From the NCBI GenBank assembly GCA_032718475.1, contig JAUCBJ010006876.1, positions 1 through 48,218 on the forward strand: a stretch of DNA of 48,218 nt. The letters are read 5' to 3'. The position numbers were made by a program, and so were the translations under genes. This DNA is from Nemertoderma westbladi. Taxonomy: Eukaryota > Animalia > Xenacoelomorpha. Below, piece by piece: positions 1 through 11,929 of the stretch. Each line of letters starts with the position of its first letter. The stretch's first letter is position 1. The notes below the pieces were generated by a model, which saw nothing but the letters and a program-made list of their open reading frames with translations, did no database searches and had not been told where the DNA came from.

Positions 1-214
1 TTTGAACAGGTTTGAACAGGTTTCAACAGGTTTTCAACTATAGGAAGTTACATTAAAGAGTATATCCAACTAATGCAGCTTTTCTCAACCGCAAACTTGC
101 ATCTTAGAAATATTCCCTCCCCACAATCAATATCCGGTGACTGGCCGGGGCTCGGTGGTCTGTTAAGTCACGTCTCCAGCATCGGCGTTTTTCCCCCTGG
201 TGTAGGAATAACGG

Positions 215-1437
215 CAACATCTGCAAAGGAGATATCACCAATGGGAATATCTGGGAGTACAGACTCAGACACTTTTACTTCTATAAAGTTATCAGGCAAT
301 ACCCTGTCATTATTGAGGAGCTTTTCAAAGTGGGCCTTCCAACCATTGAGGCGATCGGCTGGTGATTCAGCCTTAACCTTGGTGGTTGGTTGGCTTTTTC
401 GACCAGCAAGCAAGTTGATCGATCTCCATGCCTGGGATGATTGCCTGCTGTCGTCAGCATCATCGATGGCATCAACCTGTTGGTTTATTAGATCTTGTAA
501 ATTAACAGAGTACTGCCTGTTCAGGGACCTAGATGCAGCCTTAACTTCATTCTTGGCCGCTGTAGTCTGTTTGAGTCGGGACTCTTTCTGCGCCTTGTAG
601 AGGTCATTTCGGCACTTCTGAATTTTGTTATCAGTCCATGGGGCCCGTTTCCTGTTTCGAGGGTATACAGGAACTGTTTCTGCAGCTGCTAACTTAACTG
701 CCTCTGTGAAGGCAGTATAGCCCTCACAGTGATCTGCCGCCTCAGAGGCAAGAACCTCATACCTGTTACTCAGCTGTAGTGTGAAGCTGGATCTCACACT
801 TGGCTGTTGCAACAGAGAGGACCAGTCATGCCGCAGCAAGGCAGATTTCGTTGTTCTGCTAGCACGCAGACTAAGTCTTACCTTGGCCACAATACGGCGG
901 TGATCACTGGAGAAGGGTCGTAGTGTAAATGCATTACAGTCTTGTATAGAGCTTCTGTATTTCCTACGAAACAGGATATGGTCTATCTGGGACTTGTAAC
1001 CACTGGGTCCACTATGAGTCCATAGCTTTCCAGTTCGCTTCTTGAACTGGGTTCCAGCTGAAAACAATCCATTTCCAGAGATAAAATCCTGAAGATGGAC
1101 GGAATTTCGATTAACACTATTGCTATAGACCCAGGGCGATGTAGGTGATTGATGTAGACTTGCATTAAAGTCTCCCAGGAATGTTAAGAATGCATGCTGA
1201 TCCACTCCATCAGTAGCTGCTTGTAGATTCTGGTAGAAATTTTCCACCTCCTCTACAGGGGCAACACTAGTTGGAGAGTAGCACACAAGCAGAACCACCT
1301 TAGGAAACTTCTTAGCCAGTCTTCCAGAACATGAGAAGTGGCAACGGATGATGCGGTTAGAGATTTGGTCTATTTTGTGCAATGCTGCATGTGCAGTTGG
1401 ATTCATCAATAGACCAATTCCACCATTGCCACTATCA
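215..1437 (-). mobile_element. RTE-clade non-LTR retrotransposon, downstream part (APE endonuclease and linker, truncated before RT); continues the piece at 7250..7790
   Basis: ORF 168..1502(-) has APE motifs GIGLL, VCYSPT, LGDFNA, SQIDHIL and SDHR, followed by an RTE-type linker. Homology stops at 1437, where the CR1-type element starts. Confidence 0.85.
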
Positions 1438-1687
1438 AAACGTACTGCTGTGTGGTACTGCTGTATACAGTACTGCTGTACTGCACGATGCAGGCCTAAC
1501 ATCTGTTGTCTGACAGCTGACTGTCTGATTGCTATGATGTAAAGAAACTGGTCAAACTATCCTACACCCTACGGATATATTACCAATGGCGCTTTAAATT
1601 AGGTACTGGGTTCGCTAAATAATTAATCCTGTAATCTTAGCTTACACTCACTCAATCCCTCTGAGAAGGGCAACAGCACACTGAGAA

Positions 1688-2527
1688 ATGGAGGCCGCCG
1701 AGATCCTAAAGAAGCTGGACTCTATACAAAAACAAATATCCGATCTCCAAGTTAAAACGTCTGCTATAGAGGAAAACACTAAAAACCTAGCGGGGTTAAA
1801 ATCTGCAGTAAATGTTTTGGAACAGAGAAACGAGGTCTTAGAAAAAAAAGTTACAGCGTTAGACAGGGCCAACGACGATTTAGCCCAATATGTTAGAAGA
1901 AATAACATTCTACTTCACGGAGTACCAGAGAAACTCGCACAGTCAGAGGATCGCGAAGATATCAAGAAAATCCTTTCTGGAATCGATTTAGGACCGGGTC
2001 GCGTAGATGTGTTCCATAGACAAGGGCCAAAAAAGTCCAGGCCTACTGCTTCTGATAAACCGCGCGCTATACTTATTCGTCTATATGGTCATTCGGCTAG
2101 GTCTTCTGCCTTTAAGGCCGGTGTTGACCACAAGCTCCCCAGTGGTGCGTATTTCACTGACCATCTGACAACGCACCGCGCTGCTCTTCTGCGGGAAGCA
2201 AAGGTCCTGAAAAGAGAAGGTTTTATCTACGCGGCGTACTCATACAATGGGCAAATATTAATTCGCCATGTTGAGAACTCAAGAGCAATATCCGTTTCTA
2301 CAATCGCCGATCTCGAAAAATATAGATCTCCTGATGGTACCCAGGCGACCGGTAGTAATAATCCTGACGTTGACGTCGACTGGATTACTGTAAATGGTAC
2401 TGGTAGTCATTCCCGTACAGCGCGACAATCTGCCGGTCGTCGAGGTGCTGATCACGGTGTGGAAAAGCAGCAACAAAATGTTCTAAATCGTCGACTTAGA
2501 TCGGAATCAGTTATTACCGGTAATTAA
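1688..2527 (+). CDS. LINE ORF1p (coiled coil + RRM + C-terminal domain; L1-ORF1/FP25K-like)
   Basis: 279 aa. N-terminal heptad coiled coil, then QYVRRNNILLHGVPE, HRQG, PRAILIRL and YFTDHLT...NGQILIR, typical of this ORF1 type. Confidence 0.85.
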   Translation: MEAAEILKKLDSIQKQISDLQVKTSAIEENTKNLAGLKSAVNVLEQRNEVLEKKVTALDRANDDLAQYVRRNNILLHGVPEKLAQSEDREDIKKILSGIDLGPGRVDVFHRQGPKKSRPTASDKPRAILIRLYGHSARSSAFKAGVDHKLPSGAYFTDHLTTHRAALLREAKVLKREGFIYAAYSYNGQILIRHVENSRAISVSTIADLEKYRSPDGTQATGSNNPDVDVDWITVNGTGSHSRTARQSAGRRGADHGVEKQQQNVLNRRLRSESVITGN

Positions 2528-3451
2528 AGGGTCCTAGTACAGCAATTAGGCAGAATAAAGTCCTATTCAGTTATTATTTTACTACCGGTATATATATGGT
2601 GGAGGGATCACATAAGTCTGAGACCTGCTCTTATGTGGAGGGACCGGGATCGGTACCCATTACTAATAATTAAAAAAGTACTGGTACAATATGTACAACT
2701 GAAAGTAACATGTGAGAATTTGGGATTATTGTTTATCCTTCTTAGTTTTTTTGGTTTCTATTTTTTTTTTTTTTTTTTCCTATGTTAACCCTTTGCGTAC
2801 CAATTTTCGTTGTTATACATGATACTATACCTTCCCTGGACTGCCCCAATATTTTTGCTACCGCCAAGTGGTATGACGGCACCTTTTATTTTTGCCTATT
2901 GCCATATTTATATAAACCTCATATATCGCCTATTGCCATTTATATATATTGATAAGATTTTAGAAAACTATACCTAACCAAGTGAACCAAATTGTTATAC
3001 ATTATGTTTACCAAAAAGCCTCACCAGGGCCACCCCAATGTTTTCGCTACCTTTTATTTTTTGCCTATTGCCATATTTATATAAACCTCATATACCATAT
3101 ACCATATAAACCAGTTCGGTACTTGGTGTTTTTGTTGCCGTTTCTATTTTTTCTTTTTTTTTCTTTTTTGCCATAAATGAACCAAATCTCCAGTTATATT
3201 TATGTGTGTATACTCTTGTTTCCAAGGTTAAATGAACCAAGGTAAACCCTACTTATATTATGTTATGAATATTATGTTTATCCTTCTATTAAGGCGCCTT
3301 TGATACTTTATTTATATGCCAGATATATAACAAAATTTATATGACGTCAGCTGTAGACATTACTATATTTTTAGCACATATTCTAGTATATTGGTGTAAC
3401 CGCTGAAAAGCATATATACTGCTCTAAGTGACTTCCTAACAATCTCACTGG

Positions 3452-6400
3452 ATGCACTCAAGCTCTAATAACTTACATTGTTACTTTTGTTTTTCTGAAA
3501 TTACTCCAGCGGAATATACTTTTTCTTGTGCTTTATGTCGTAACTCCTTTCATATTCAATGTGGCACACACCTCTCAGGTGACGATCTCTGTGACACTAA
3601 TGATTTACAGTATCATTTTTGTACTTTCTGTAATGCTACAATTTTTCCCTTCGTTAATATCGATACTGACGATTACGATATCTTTGATAATAAAGAGATA
3701 GAAGAGGAACTAACCAGCTCTATAATTAACAACATTAATCAAACTTTTAGCCACATAGACCCTGACGAAAATATTACAAATTTAAATATAGATAAAGGTA
3801 CTGTGACTGAAAATCAATTTAACTCTATTTTGGAGAATTCCCCATCTGTAACAATGTCGGTTTTTCATTTAAACTGTCGTAGCTTGCCAAAAAACTTTTC
3901 AGCCATTACAGATTTTTTACTTTCACTAAATCATACTTTCGAAGTACTCACTTTTACGGAAACATTTTTATCCACAGACACTCCCACTGACTTATTGAAA
4001 ATTAATGGTTATGATGGTCCGTTTTATGATTGCCGGGTTCTACCAAATACAGTGAAAATTAGTAAGAAAAAACTTAAAAGAGGCGGCACTGCAATTTATT
4101 TCAAAGAATCTATTAATTTTGATATGAAACCTGAACTGAGGATCGAGGGTTTTGAAAACTCATGGGTTCAACTACATCGACCAAACAAGAGGCCGCTGGT
4201 AATAGGCACAATCTATCGTCCAAATTCTGTTGAGCTACCATATTTCCTTACAAAACTTGAAAAAACAATTACAGATCTAAATAAATCAAATTGTGATATA
4301 ATTTTAACGGGGGATTTTAATGTAGATTTATTAAAAACAACAAAACAGTCCAAAGAATATATCGATATAATGAATTCAATCGGCCTCGTGCAACTTATTA
4401 GCCAACCAACACGTGTCACACCATGGAGTAGAACCAATATTGACCACATATTTACAAATATAACTTCTTCGGTTTCTCAATCCGGTACATTTTTTACTAA
4501 AGTTGGCACATCAGACCATCAGCCTACGTTCATCACTCTCCAAAATTATCACAACTATTTTAAAACTACCAAAACGACCACTTTTTTTGATTATTCAAAA
4601 TTCAATTGTAATAATTTTCTGCGTGACCTAAACTGCCTTGATACATGGACGTATACTGATCCATCCATTCCAAATAACTGTAAATTAGACCAATTTTATA
4701 CTGATTTGGAGAAGGTCTGTCTTAAACATGCTGCCCCGAAAACACTTAAGCCCAAAGAAATTCCAACGAAACCTTGGATGACTCCTAATTTAGTTAAAAG
4801 AACCATAATTAAGAATGACCTTTACCGCGCTTTCATAAAAAATCCCACAGTAGTAAACGAACTAGCTTTTAAAAGGTACCGAAATATTTTAACCTCTGTT
4901 CTTCGGGAGGCTGAGAAAAACTATTATAAAACCCAGTTTGAAAAATGTTCCAATAATAATCGCAAAACTTGGCGTATAATAAACTCAGCCCTAAACAAAA
5001 GTGGGAAATCGGCCGCTCCAAAAAAACTGACTGTGATAACAGGCGATGTGATCGAAACCCTAACTGACCCGAAACAAATTTCCCAGGCATTCAATAATCA
5101 CTTTTCCACTGTTGGTTCAAATTTGTCCCAGCAAATACCCAAATCTAATCGGTCTCCCTTACGGCATATCTCACATAATGGCCCACAATCTTTTGTACTA
5201 ACAGAAACATCGCCAGTTGAAATTCAATATCACTTACTACATATCAAAACGTCATCTTCCTCTAACGATATATTTTCAACCAAACTACTCTCTCTAGGCG
5301 CTCTTCCCTTATCCCATCATTTAAGTTATTTGATAAATTTGTCTATTTCCTGCGGCTTCTTCCCGAAATCCTTAAAGCGGGCGAAAGTTGTACCAGTGTT
5401 TAAGGCCGGTGACCCCACTGATAAGAACAATTATCGACCAATATCCTTATTACCTATTATTAGTAAACTTTTTGAAATTATTATTAACAACCAACTTCAA
5501 TCATATATAGCTAAGTTTAAAATTATTACTCAATCGCAATTTGGATTTCGTCCTAAAACTACAACGACTCATGCTCTCCTATCCATGCTTGAAAAAATAT
5601 ATCAAACGCTAGAAGATAAGTTGTATTCCTGTGCTATTTATATTGACCTTAAAAAAGCGTACGATACGTTGGATCACTCTATCTTACTAAAAAAATTACA
5701 AGCATACGGTATTCGAGGGATTCCGCATATGTTATTAACTGATTACCTTACTGACCGTGTTCAAGTAACTGTAGTCGATAATTGTCTGTCATCTGTGATG
5801 CCACTTGTCTGTGGGGTCCCTCAGGGCGCCACTTTATCTTGTCTGTTATTCCTCCTCTACATCAACGACCTCCCAAATGCCTCCTCTCTCTTTACCACCT
5901 TATTCGCCGATGACACTACTCTCTTTTCCCAAAATCAATCGATACAAAATCTTATTAAAAATACAAATATTGAATTAATTAAAATTAGTAATTGGCTTAT
6001 AGATAACTCGCTTTCACTTAATGTTAAAAAAACCGAGCATACTTTTTTCAGTAATCGAAACAGTAATAATATTAACAGTTCGCTAACAATAAATGGCATA
6101 AATATTAAACAAACAAACGCGGCAAAGTTTCTTGGAATCTGGTTGGACTCAAAATTATCCTGGAAAATACATATTGAATATTTAATTAAAAAAATATCAC
6201 GTACGGCAGGTATCTTTTACAAACTTAGGCATATTTTTCCCTCACTGATAATCAAGCGTCTATATTACTCCCTTGTACATCCTTATCTGCTCTATGGCCT
6301 TATCTTGTGGGGGAAGTCGAAAACTAGCTATATTAAACCACTCCGTATAAAAATTAATAAAATTATCCGATGTATTACATTCAGCCACTTCCAAGCCTCT

Positions 6401-6742
6401 TCAAACCCAATATATAAATCGCTTCAAATCCTGCCATTAAATCTTTTATACACCCACCAAGTCGGCCTACTAATGTTCGATACTCAAAATAACTTATTAC
6501 CATTATCTGCCACACAGTTTTCTAACTTGTTTAAAAAAATATCTACAGTACATTCTTATAATACTCGTTCATCGGCAAATCAAAACCTTTACACCCCTTT
6601 CGTTCGCTTACTAACTTCCAGACAATCCATGAATTTCCAAGGTCCTCAGGTCTGGAACTCTATTCCTTTAACAATCCGACAAATAAAATCAAAGCCTCTA
6701 TTTTCCAAAAAATTTCGGGAATTCTTATTTTCTACTATTTAA
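3452..6742 (+). CDS. LINE ORF2p: PHD finger + apurinic endonuclease + reverse transcriptase
   Basis: 1096 aa uninterrupted. N-terminal C4HC3 (CYFC..CALC..H..C..CTFC). APE motifs HLNCRSL, TET, YRP, GDFN, IDH, SDH. RT motifs NYRPISLL, QFGFR, GVPQG, LFADD, KFLG. Confidence 0.95.
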   Translation: MHSSSNNLHCYFCFSEITPAEYTFSCALCRNSFHIQCGTHLSGDDLCDTNDLQYHFCTFCNATIFPFVNIDTDDYDIFDNKEIEEELTSSIINNINQTFSHIDPDENITNLNIDKGTVTENQFNSILENSPSVTMSVFHLNCRSLPKNFSAITDFLLSLNHTFEVLTFTETFLSTDTPTDLLKINGYDGPFYDCRVLPNTVKISKKKLKRGGTAIYFKESINFDMKPELRIEGFENSWVQLHRPNKRPLVIGTIYRPNSVELPYFLTKLEKTITDLNKSNCDIILTGDFNVDLLKTTKQSKEYIDIMNSIGLVQLISQPTRVTPWSRTNIDHIFTNITSSVSQSGTFFTKVGTSDHQPTFITLQNYHNYFKTTKTTTFFDYSKFNCNNFLRDLNCLDTWTYTDPSIPNNCKLDQFYTDLEKVCLKHAAPKTLKPKEIPTKPWMTPNLVKRTIIKNDLYRAFIKNPTVVNELAFKRYRNILTSVLREAEKNYYKTQFEKCSNNNRKTWRIINSALNKSGKSAAPKKLTVITGDVIETLTDPKQISQAFNNHFSTVGSNLSQQIPKSNRSPLRHISHNGPQSFVLTETSPVEIQYHLLHIKTSSSSNDIFSTKLLSLGALPLSHHLSYLINLSISCGFFPKSLKRAKVVPVFKAGDPTDKNNYRPISLLPIISKLFEIIINNQLQSYIAKFKIITQSQFGFRPKTTTTHALLSMLEKIYQTLEDKLYSCAIYIDLKKAYDTLDHSILLKKLQAYGIRGIPHMLLTDYLTDRVQVTVVDNCLSSVMPLVCGVPQGATLSCLLFLLYINDLPNASSLFTTLFADDTTLFSQNQSIQNLIKNTNIELIKISNWLIDNSLSLNVKKTEHTFFSNRNSNNINSSLTINGINIKQTNAAKFLGIWLDSKLSWKIHIEYLIKKISRTAGIFYKLRHIFPSLIIKRLYYSLVHPYLLYGLILWGKSKTSYIKPLRIKINKIIRCITFSHFQASSNPIYKSLQILPLNLLYTHQVGLLMFDTQNNLLPLSATQFSNLFKKISTVHSYNTRSSANQNLYTPFVRLLTSRQSMNFQGPQVWNSIPLTIRQIKSKPLFSKKFREFLFSTI

Positions 6743-7249
6743 TAATAACTATTATTATTCAGTGATGCCTGTTAATCTATATTTAAGTTACCCCCTCCGA
6801 TCGCTCGATCAGTCATAATTTCAAATTAAAAATATTAGTTGCTAAACCGTGAAACATTCAAAAATAATATACTAGATTAGGCCATCCTCTTCTTGTCTCT
6901 TTATTCATTTCGTATTTTCTTTTACTAACCACAGCAATTAATTTAACTGTGTGTTTCCTATTTTTTACTATTCCGCTGGAGTTTCTGACAAATATATATA
7001 TATTTTTTTTTCCATTCAAATTTTAACATTGAAACATAATTTCCTGGAATACCTTAATCATAATACTATAAATACTTACATTCATTACTATTTATATATG
7101 TTGCAGTTTGAGTCACGCACTAGCTATGCTATGTGCCTTAAACTGTAGATATACTGAGCTACATAAATATTAGTTTATTTGTGCAGTAGGCCCATACACC
7201 ATTATATCCTGTAATGTCTGTTATGTAAATTAAATTAAATGATTAAATG

Positions 7250-7790
7250 ATCATCTGCTGAAGCGAGGACGAGTCGCCAACCGCCCCCCATGTCCTTAAT
7301 CAGAACCTCATCAGTCTGTCTAGTCTGCATTCGGTGCTCTTGAACACCCACTGCACTAATTTAAAGCTTATCTGCCAAGGCAGTCAGCTCACCTTGTCGC
7401 ATTGGGGACCAGAGTGTTAGGGTGTTTACTGAGGCTAGTCTAGTGACTTGCCTCAGATTCACCAATGGCTTTGTTGGTCGGGGTGGAACATGAGAGTAGC
7501 CTCCAACTCCAGAATCCATCTCCCCCTCACAATCTGGCCTCCCTGGTGACCCAGGGTTTGGACCAGAAAGGTCATCAGGAAAGGGACTCAAAGAATTGTT
7601 TGCCGCTCTCTCTCCAGTAGGGGGTGAGACAGGCAGCCGGTCAGGAGATAACTGACGCCTGTGAGGCCGATTGTGTCCAGTCATTCCACTGGCCTCTAGT
7701 GGCTGGACCTCCGCATTACTAATGTAATCCATAGTGGGGGTTGGGGGGTGCTTTTTTTGCTGTGTACAGACAGCTGCACTGTATCAACTA
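7250..7790 (-). mobile_element. 5' part of the RTE element interrupted by the CR1-type LINE
   Basis: Minus frame from 7732 reads ...RLASVNTLTL...ALADKL*ISAVGVQEHRM...GWRLVLASAD and joins in frame to DSGNGGIGLL at 1437. One premature stop at 7361-7363. The 5' boundary is approximate. Confidence 0.85.
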
Positions 7791-7829
7791 AATTATTAAA
7801 GTCACAAACACAAATATACAGCATGTGGC

Positions 7830-7942
7830 GCTGCATGTCTCTTTGAAACTCTGGAGCAGCGTTTTTTAGTCCGTAGGGCATTACATTAAATTGCCATTGT
7901 TTATGGTCCGCTTGAAATGCTGTTTTTGGTTTACTTTCATTT
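7830..7942 (-). pseudogene. Short Ty3/Gypsy reverse-transcriptase fragment
   Basis: Translates KPKTAFQADHKQWQFNVMPYGLKNAAPEFQRDM, matching the KTAF...MPFGLKNA..FQR Gypsy RT motif. Confidence 0.7.
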
Positions 7943-8072
7943 ATTAAAGATGTAATATTATGGTTTCTGCTCAAAAATGGAAAAAATGAGAAAACGCGTC
8001 ACCAGCCCCCCAGTGACGCACTTTCTCATTTTTTCCATTTTTGAGCAGAAACCATAATATTACATCTTTAAT
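7943..8072. repeat. Near-perfect inverted repeat (60-bp arms, 10-nt loop) made of two SINE-body copies
   Basis: 7943-8002 is the reverse complement of 8013-8072 with 2 mismatches. A third, diverged copy lies at 8283-8338. Confidence 0.9.
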
Positions 8073-8211
8073 TACAGTTGCATTAACGATTAACAGCTCA
8101 ACTCCAATTCGTTTATTAATATCACCTGGCAGCAATACTCTAGCTGAATATTTATTTATTTGTATTTTCCTCCTGTTTCACTCTAACATACTTGAGGTGA
8201 GTGAATGTCAC

Positions 8212-8338
8212 GGGCTAGCGGCTGAGCTGGTTAGCGCTATTGATGAGGCCTGTTAGGCCTGTTATCGCTGGTTCAACCCCCGGTGGCGCGCTTTCTCATT
8301 TTTTCCACTTCTGAACAAAACCATAATATTACACCTTT
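8212..8338 (+). mobile_element. tRNA-derived SINE
   Basis: A-box-like gcggctgagctgg and B-box-like ggttcaaccc, followed by the body also found in the 7943-8072 hairpin. Confidence 0.6.
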
Positions 8339-10500
8339 AGACCTAATGGAAGAATGTGAATTGAAACCAACAAACAACACATTCAAAAAGAGTAAGGGGA
8401 AGCTATGGAGCTTTCAATACCCTAATGGAACCAAAGCACAACTGGATTACATCCTTATAAACAAAAAGAGGAGAAACAGCATGATCAACTGCGAGGCATA
8501 CAGCTCGTTCAACCTAATTGGTTCGGACCACAGAATTGTGACTGCAGAGATCAGACTCAGTTTGAGAGTCAGCAAACCCAGGACAAGCAAGCAAATCAAC
8601 GATGACTGGGAGAAACTAAGAACTGACAATGCAGTAAAGGATGCTTATACAGTAGAAGTTCAAAACCGCTTTGAAGTACTTCAGTCAATGGATGAACACC
8701 AGTCCACCGATTCAATATACCAGAATATAATAAAAGCCCACAAGGAATCAGCTAAGAGGCATATCCCCCAGAAACCCCAACGAAAACAGTATTTGCAATG
8801 GCAAAACTCTGAGGTTACTTGTAAGAGAGAAGAGCTTAAGATAGCCTACAAAGTAAAAACCGAACAACCAACAACCGAAAACATTAACAAATTAATTAAT
8901 TAAAATTAAATTAATAATGAAAAGAATAAAAATTAATTAAATTGGACTATAACATCAGCCAGGAAAAGTACATACAGGATAAAATTGAAGCAATTGCAAC
9001 TGCTCACATACAGCAACAATCAAGACTTACATGGCAAACTGTAAATGAGGTATCTGGTCGGAAAAGTTGTGCAAAGGGGCGCCTCAAAGACGATAGTCCT
9101 GAAGAACGTGTTGGGAAGAGGACAAATCACTTCAGCAACTTGCTTGGGCATGGGCAGCCACCAAACATCGAGGTCAGCCCTACAAGGAAAATATATGAGA
9201 AGACCCTACCTATAGAAACAGGAGACTTCACACCTGTCGAACTCCAAAGAAGCATTAAAAGCATGTCCAATAATAAAGCGAGTGGATTAGATGAAATCCC
9301 AGCGGAGGAAAAACAGGAGTGCTAAACAGACCATTATTGACTGTTTGCAACCGGATGTTAAAAGGGGAAAAGCCACAACCAATTTAGACTAAAGGTCAAC
9401 TAAAAGCCTCTCCCCAAGAAAGGAGATCTCGGTATACCAACAAACTATCGTGGGATGTGTCTGCTTGTGGTAGCTGCCAAAATATACAATAAAATAATTC
9501 TATATAGGATTAGGCCTCACATAGAGAAACTACTGCGTAACAGCCAAAACGGATTTCGACCAAGTAGATCAACAATAGCTCAGATACTTGCACTACGGAG
9601 ACTGATTGAAGGAATTATTGACTCCATCCATAGAGGTAAAATGCTTGAAATCCTAAGAGCTTATGGAATAACAGAAGTAATTGTTGCTGGCATTGGATTG
9701 TTATATTGTGATACAGAAGCACAGGTACTGTCACCAGATGGTGAAACTGAGTTTTTCTCAATCCTGGCTGGCATACTTCAAGGTGACACATTAGCACCAT
9801 TACTAATTTGTAATTGTACTGGATTACGCAATGAGGACGGCCACTAAGGGTGAAGATCTGGGATTCACACTTCAACAACGCAGAAGTAGTAGATATCCGG
9901 CAACTAAAGTTTCAGACACCGACTTTGCGGATGACATCGCAACATACGCTAACAGATGCACAGCTTCTACTAAATAAAGTGGAGAGGGCTGCTAAGGGGG
10001 TTGGATTGCATATAAATGCTACCAAGACCGAATTCATGACTTTTAATGTTGATGGAAACTTGACAACCATTTATAATAATCAACTAAGGAAGGTCGGCGA
10101 CTTCCAGTACCTTGGATCATGAATAGAGAGTAGCAAAAAGGACATAGAAGTTAGGAAAGCAAAGGTTTGGGTAGCTCTATCAAAAATGGATACCATCTGG
10201 AAATCAGATCTCTCCAGGCACCTGAAGACTAAGTTCTTTCGAGCCACAGTGGAAAGTGTATTTTTATACGGGAGTGAATCACTACTGATACTAAATATAT
10301 ATAAATATATATGATACTAAATCACTTGAACAACGAATTGATTGTTGCTACACAAGACTACTAAGGGCAGCCCTAAACATCAACTGGAGACAACACATGA
10401 CAAACGCCGAGCTTTATGGTACAATACCACCTGTATCAACCACCTTCCGTGAACGCAGATTAAGATTCAGTGGGCACTGCTGGCGAAGTAAAGACGAGGT
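8339..10500 (+). mobile_element. Degenerate 5'-truncated RTE LINE (APE C-terminal part + RT) with stops and frameshifts
   Basis: Consecutive ORF pieces: KAQLDYILI/SDHR, KASGLDEIP, PKKGDL..NYRG, QNGFR, GILQGDTLAP, DFADD-like, FQYLGS, RLRFSGHC. Confidence 0.9.
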
Positions 10501-10749
10501 CCCAGTATGAATGAGGGAGGTAAAACAATATGTACTTCAAATTTCATGCAATCTCATTAAGATTTGTAGAATAAGATTTGTGGCCAAGTCACTGAATTAA
10601 GACACAATCCAGGAGATGGTGTAGGTACGCACAAACGCAGTTGAACTGGCAATTACCCAAAAATAGCTATTAAAATAAGTTGTTTCAAAATTATAATATT
10701 TACTATTGAAATGAATCATAAAAAAATGTTCTAGAAGACTTTTATTATA

Positions 10750-11929
10750 AAATCCTTCAAATATATGAAAAATTATTTTCAAAACGTGTGCCTACTAAAT
10801 TTAGTAGGTAGAATGCAGCTTTCATGGTCGTATATGTAGTAGGTCATTTATTTTACTAGAACGCCATCAAGATGGATTTAAACGAACCTGTCTTAAACAG
10901 ACTCTAAGAAACAGATGGGATTGGAAGATGCAAACCAATAATGACTTGCATCAACCAAAAATCTGCCTCTTATTTAATGTAATACACATTCGCCTAGGCA
11001 AATAAATCATAATCACAATTTCTGCGATGTGTGAAATATTATCCATATCCGCAACCTGGGAAACGGCCCAAAAGAGCAGTTTATTCTGCGGAGGGGTCTT
11101 TCTGTATTAGATAAATAAAATTAAAGAACACTAATTATTTATACCTAATATACATTCTCAGTTAGCCTAATAAAAACAGCGGAAGCAACCAATATAATGT
11201 AGATGTACGTACAAGCCTTCTATGAAAGTTTGTGAAATTAAGTCTACCCAACAGCCGTTGGTACCCGGCTGGCACCCTGGTTCAGTTTTCTGGTTTTGTT
11301 AGTTTAATCGACAGCTGTTGTAAACGTCCCAGATATACAAAACCTACTAAGCCTTTACATTATAATTGAGCGTAGCCTGAGTTGAGGACAGTGTTATAAC
11401 GCTGACAATAGGCCCTATAGATACATACGATATATAATTAATGATGTAGGGGCCTACTGCTTGACATTAGACTAACTGACTGAATAGAGAGAGATAGAAC
11501 AATAAATTAACGATATAATTAATGTACGTAACCCCAATTAACAATAAGTAGTGAAATGTTGTTCAGCTGACAAAGTGTAGCTGTGGGTATTTAATTTCGC
11601 GTACCATAATATTGATAATATGCTAATCTTTCGAATATCGCACATCGAATAGTTCCCAACTTTTTTATTCAACAACTAGATACTAATTGATAAATAGTAG
11701 CGTTAAAAATTGTTGCTTGAATTATTGAGATATTGGATGGTTATACACACATACACACATAACCACATCGTGTTTTTGAACGGCTCAACTCTTGACAAGA
11801 ACTACCCAGTCTAAAGACAGGTTCGGTATAAATTCCTTCAAATATATGAAAATTTATTTTAAAAACGTGTGCCTACTAAATTTAGTAGGTAGAATGCAGC
11901 TTTCATGGTCGTATATATAGTAGGTCATG
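10750..11929 (+). repeat. Two ~97-bp direct repeats (10750-10847, 11830-11929) resembling right termini of the P-like family at 25966..33101
   Basis: Both share ctaaatttag...gcagctt...ggtcgtat.t.tagtaggtcat(g) with the terminal sequence of that element. Confidence 0.65.

Larger units (their letters stand above)
1438..7249 (+). mobile_element. Full-length CR1/L2-group LINE (ORF1 + PHD-APE-RT ORF2), apparently intact
   Basis: Two open ORFs, 3' tail taaattaaattaaatgattaaatg, ATCA duplicated at 1434-1437 and 7250-7253. The flanks rejoin into one RTE reading frame. Confidence 0.9.

Noticed and set aside
1-38. 10-bp tandem repeat tttgaacagg at the window edge
   Set aside because: Only about 4 units and cut by the window boundary, so it cannot be interpreted.
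1438-1502. N-terminus (MLGLHRAVQQY...) of the 444-aa ORF
   Set aside because: Antisense read-through into the inserted LINE 5'UTR. The true upstream part is at 7250-7732.
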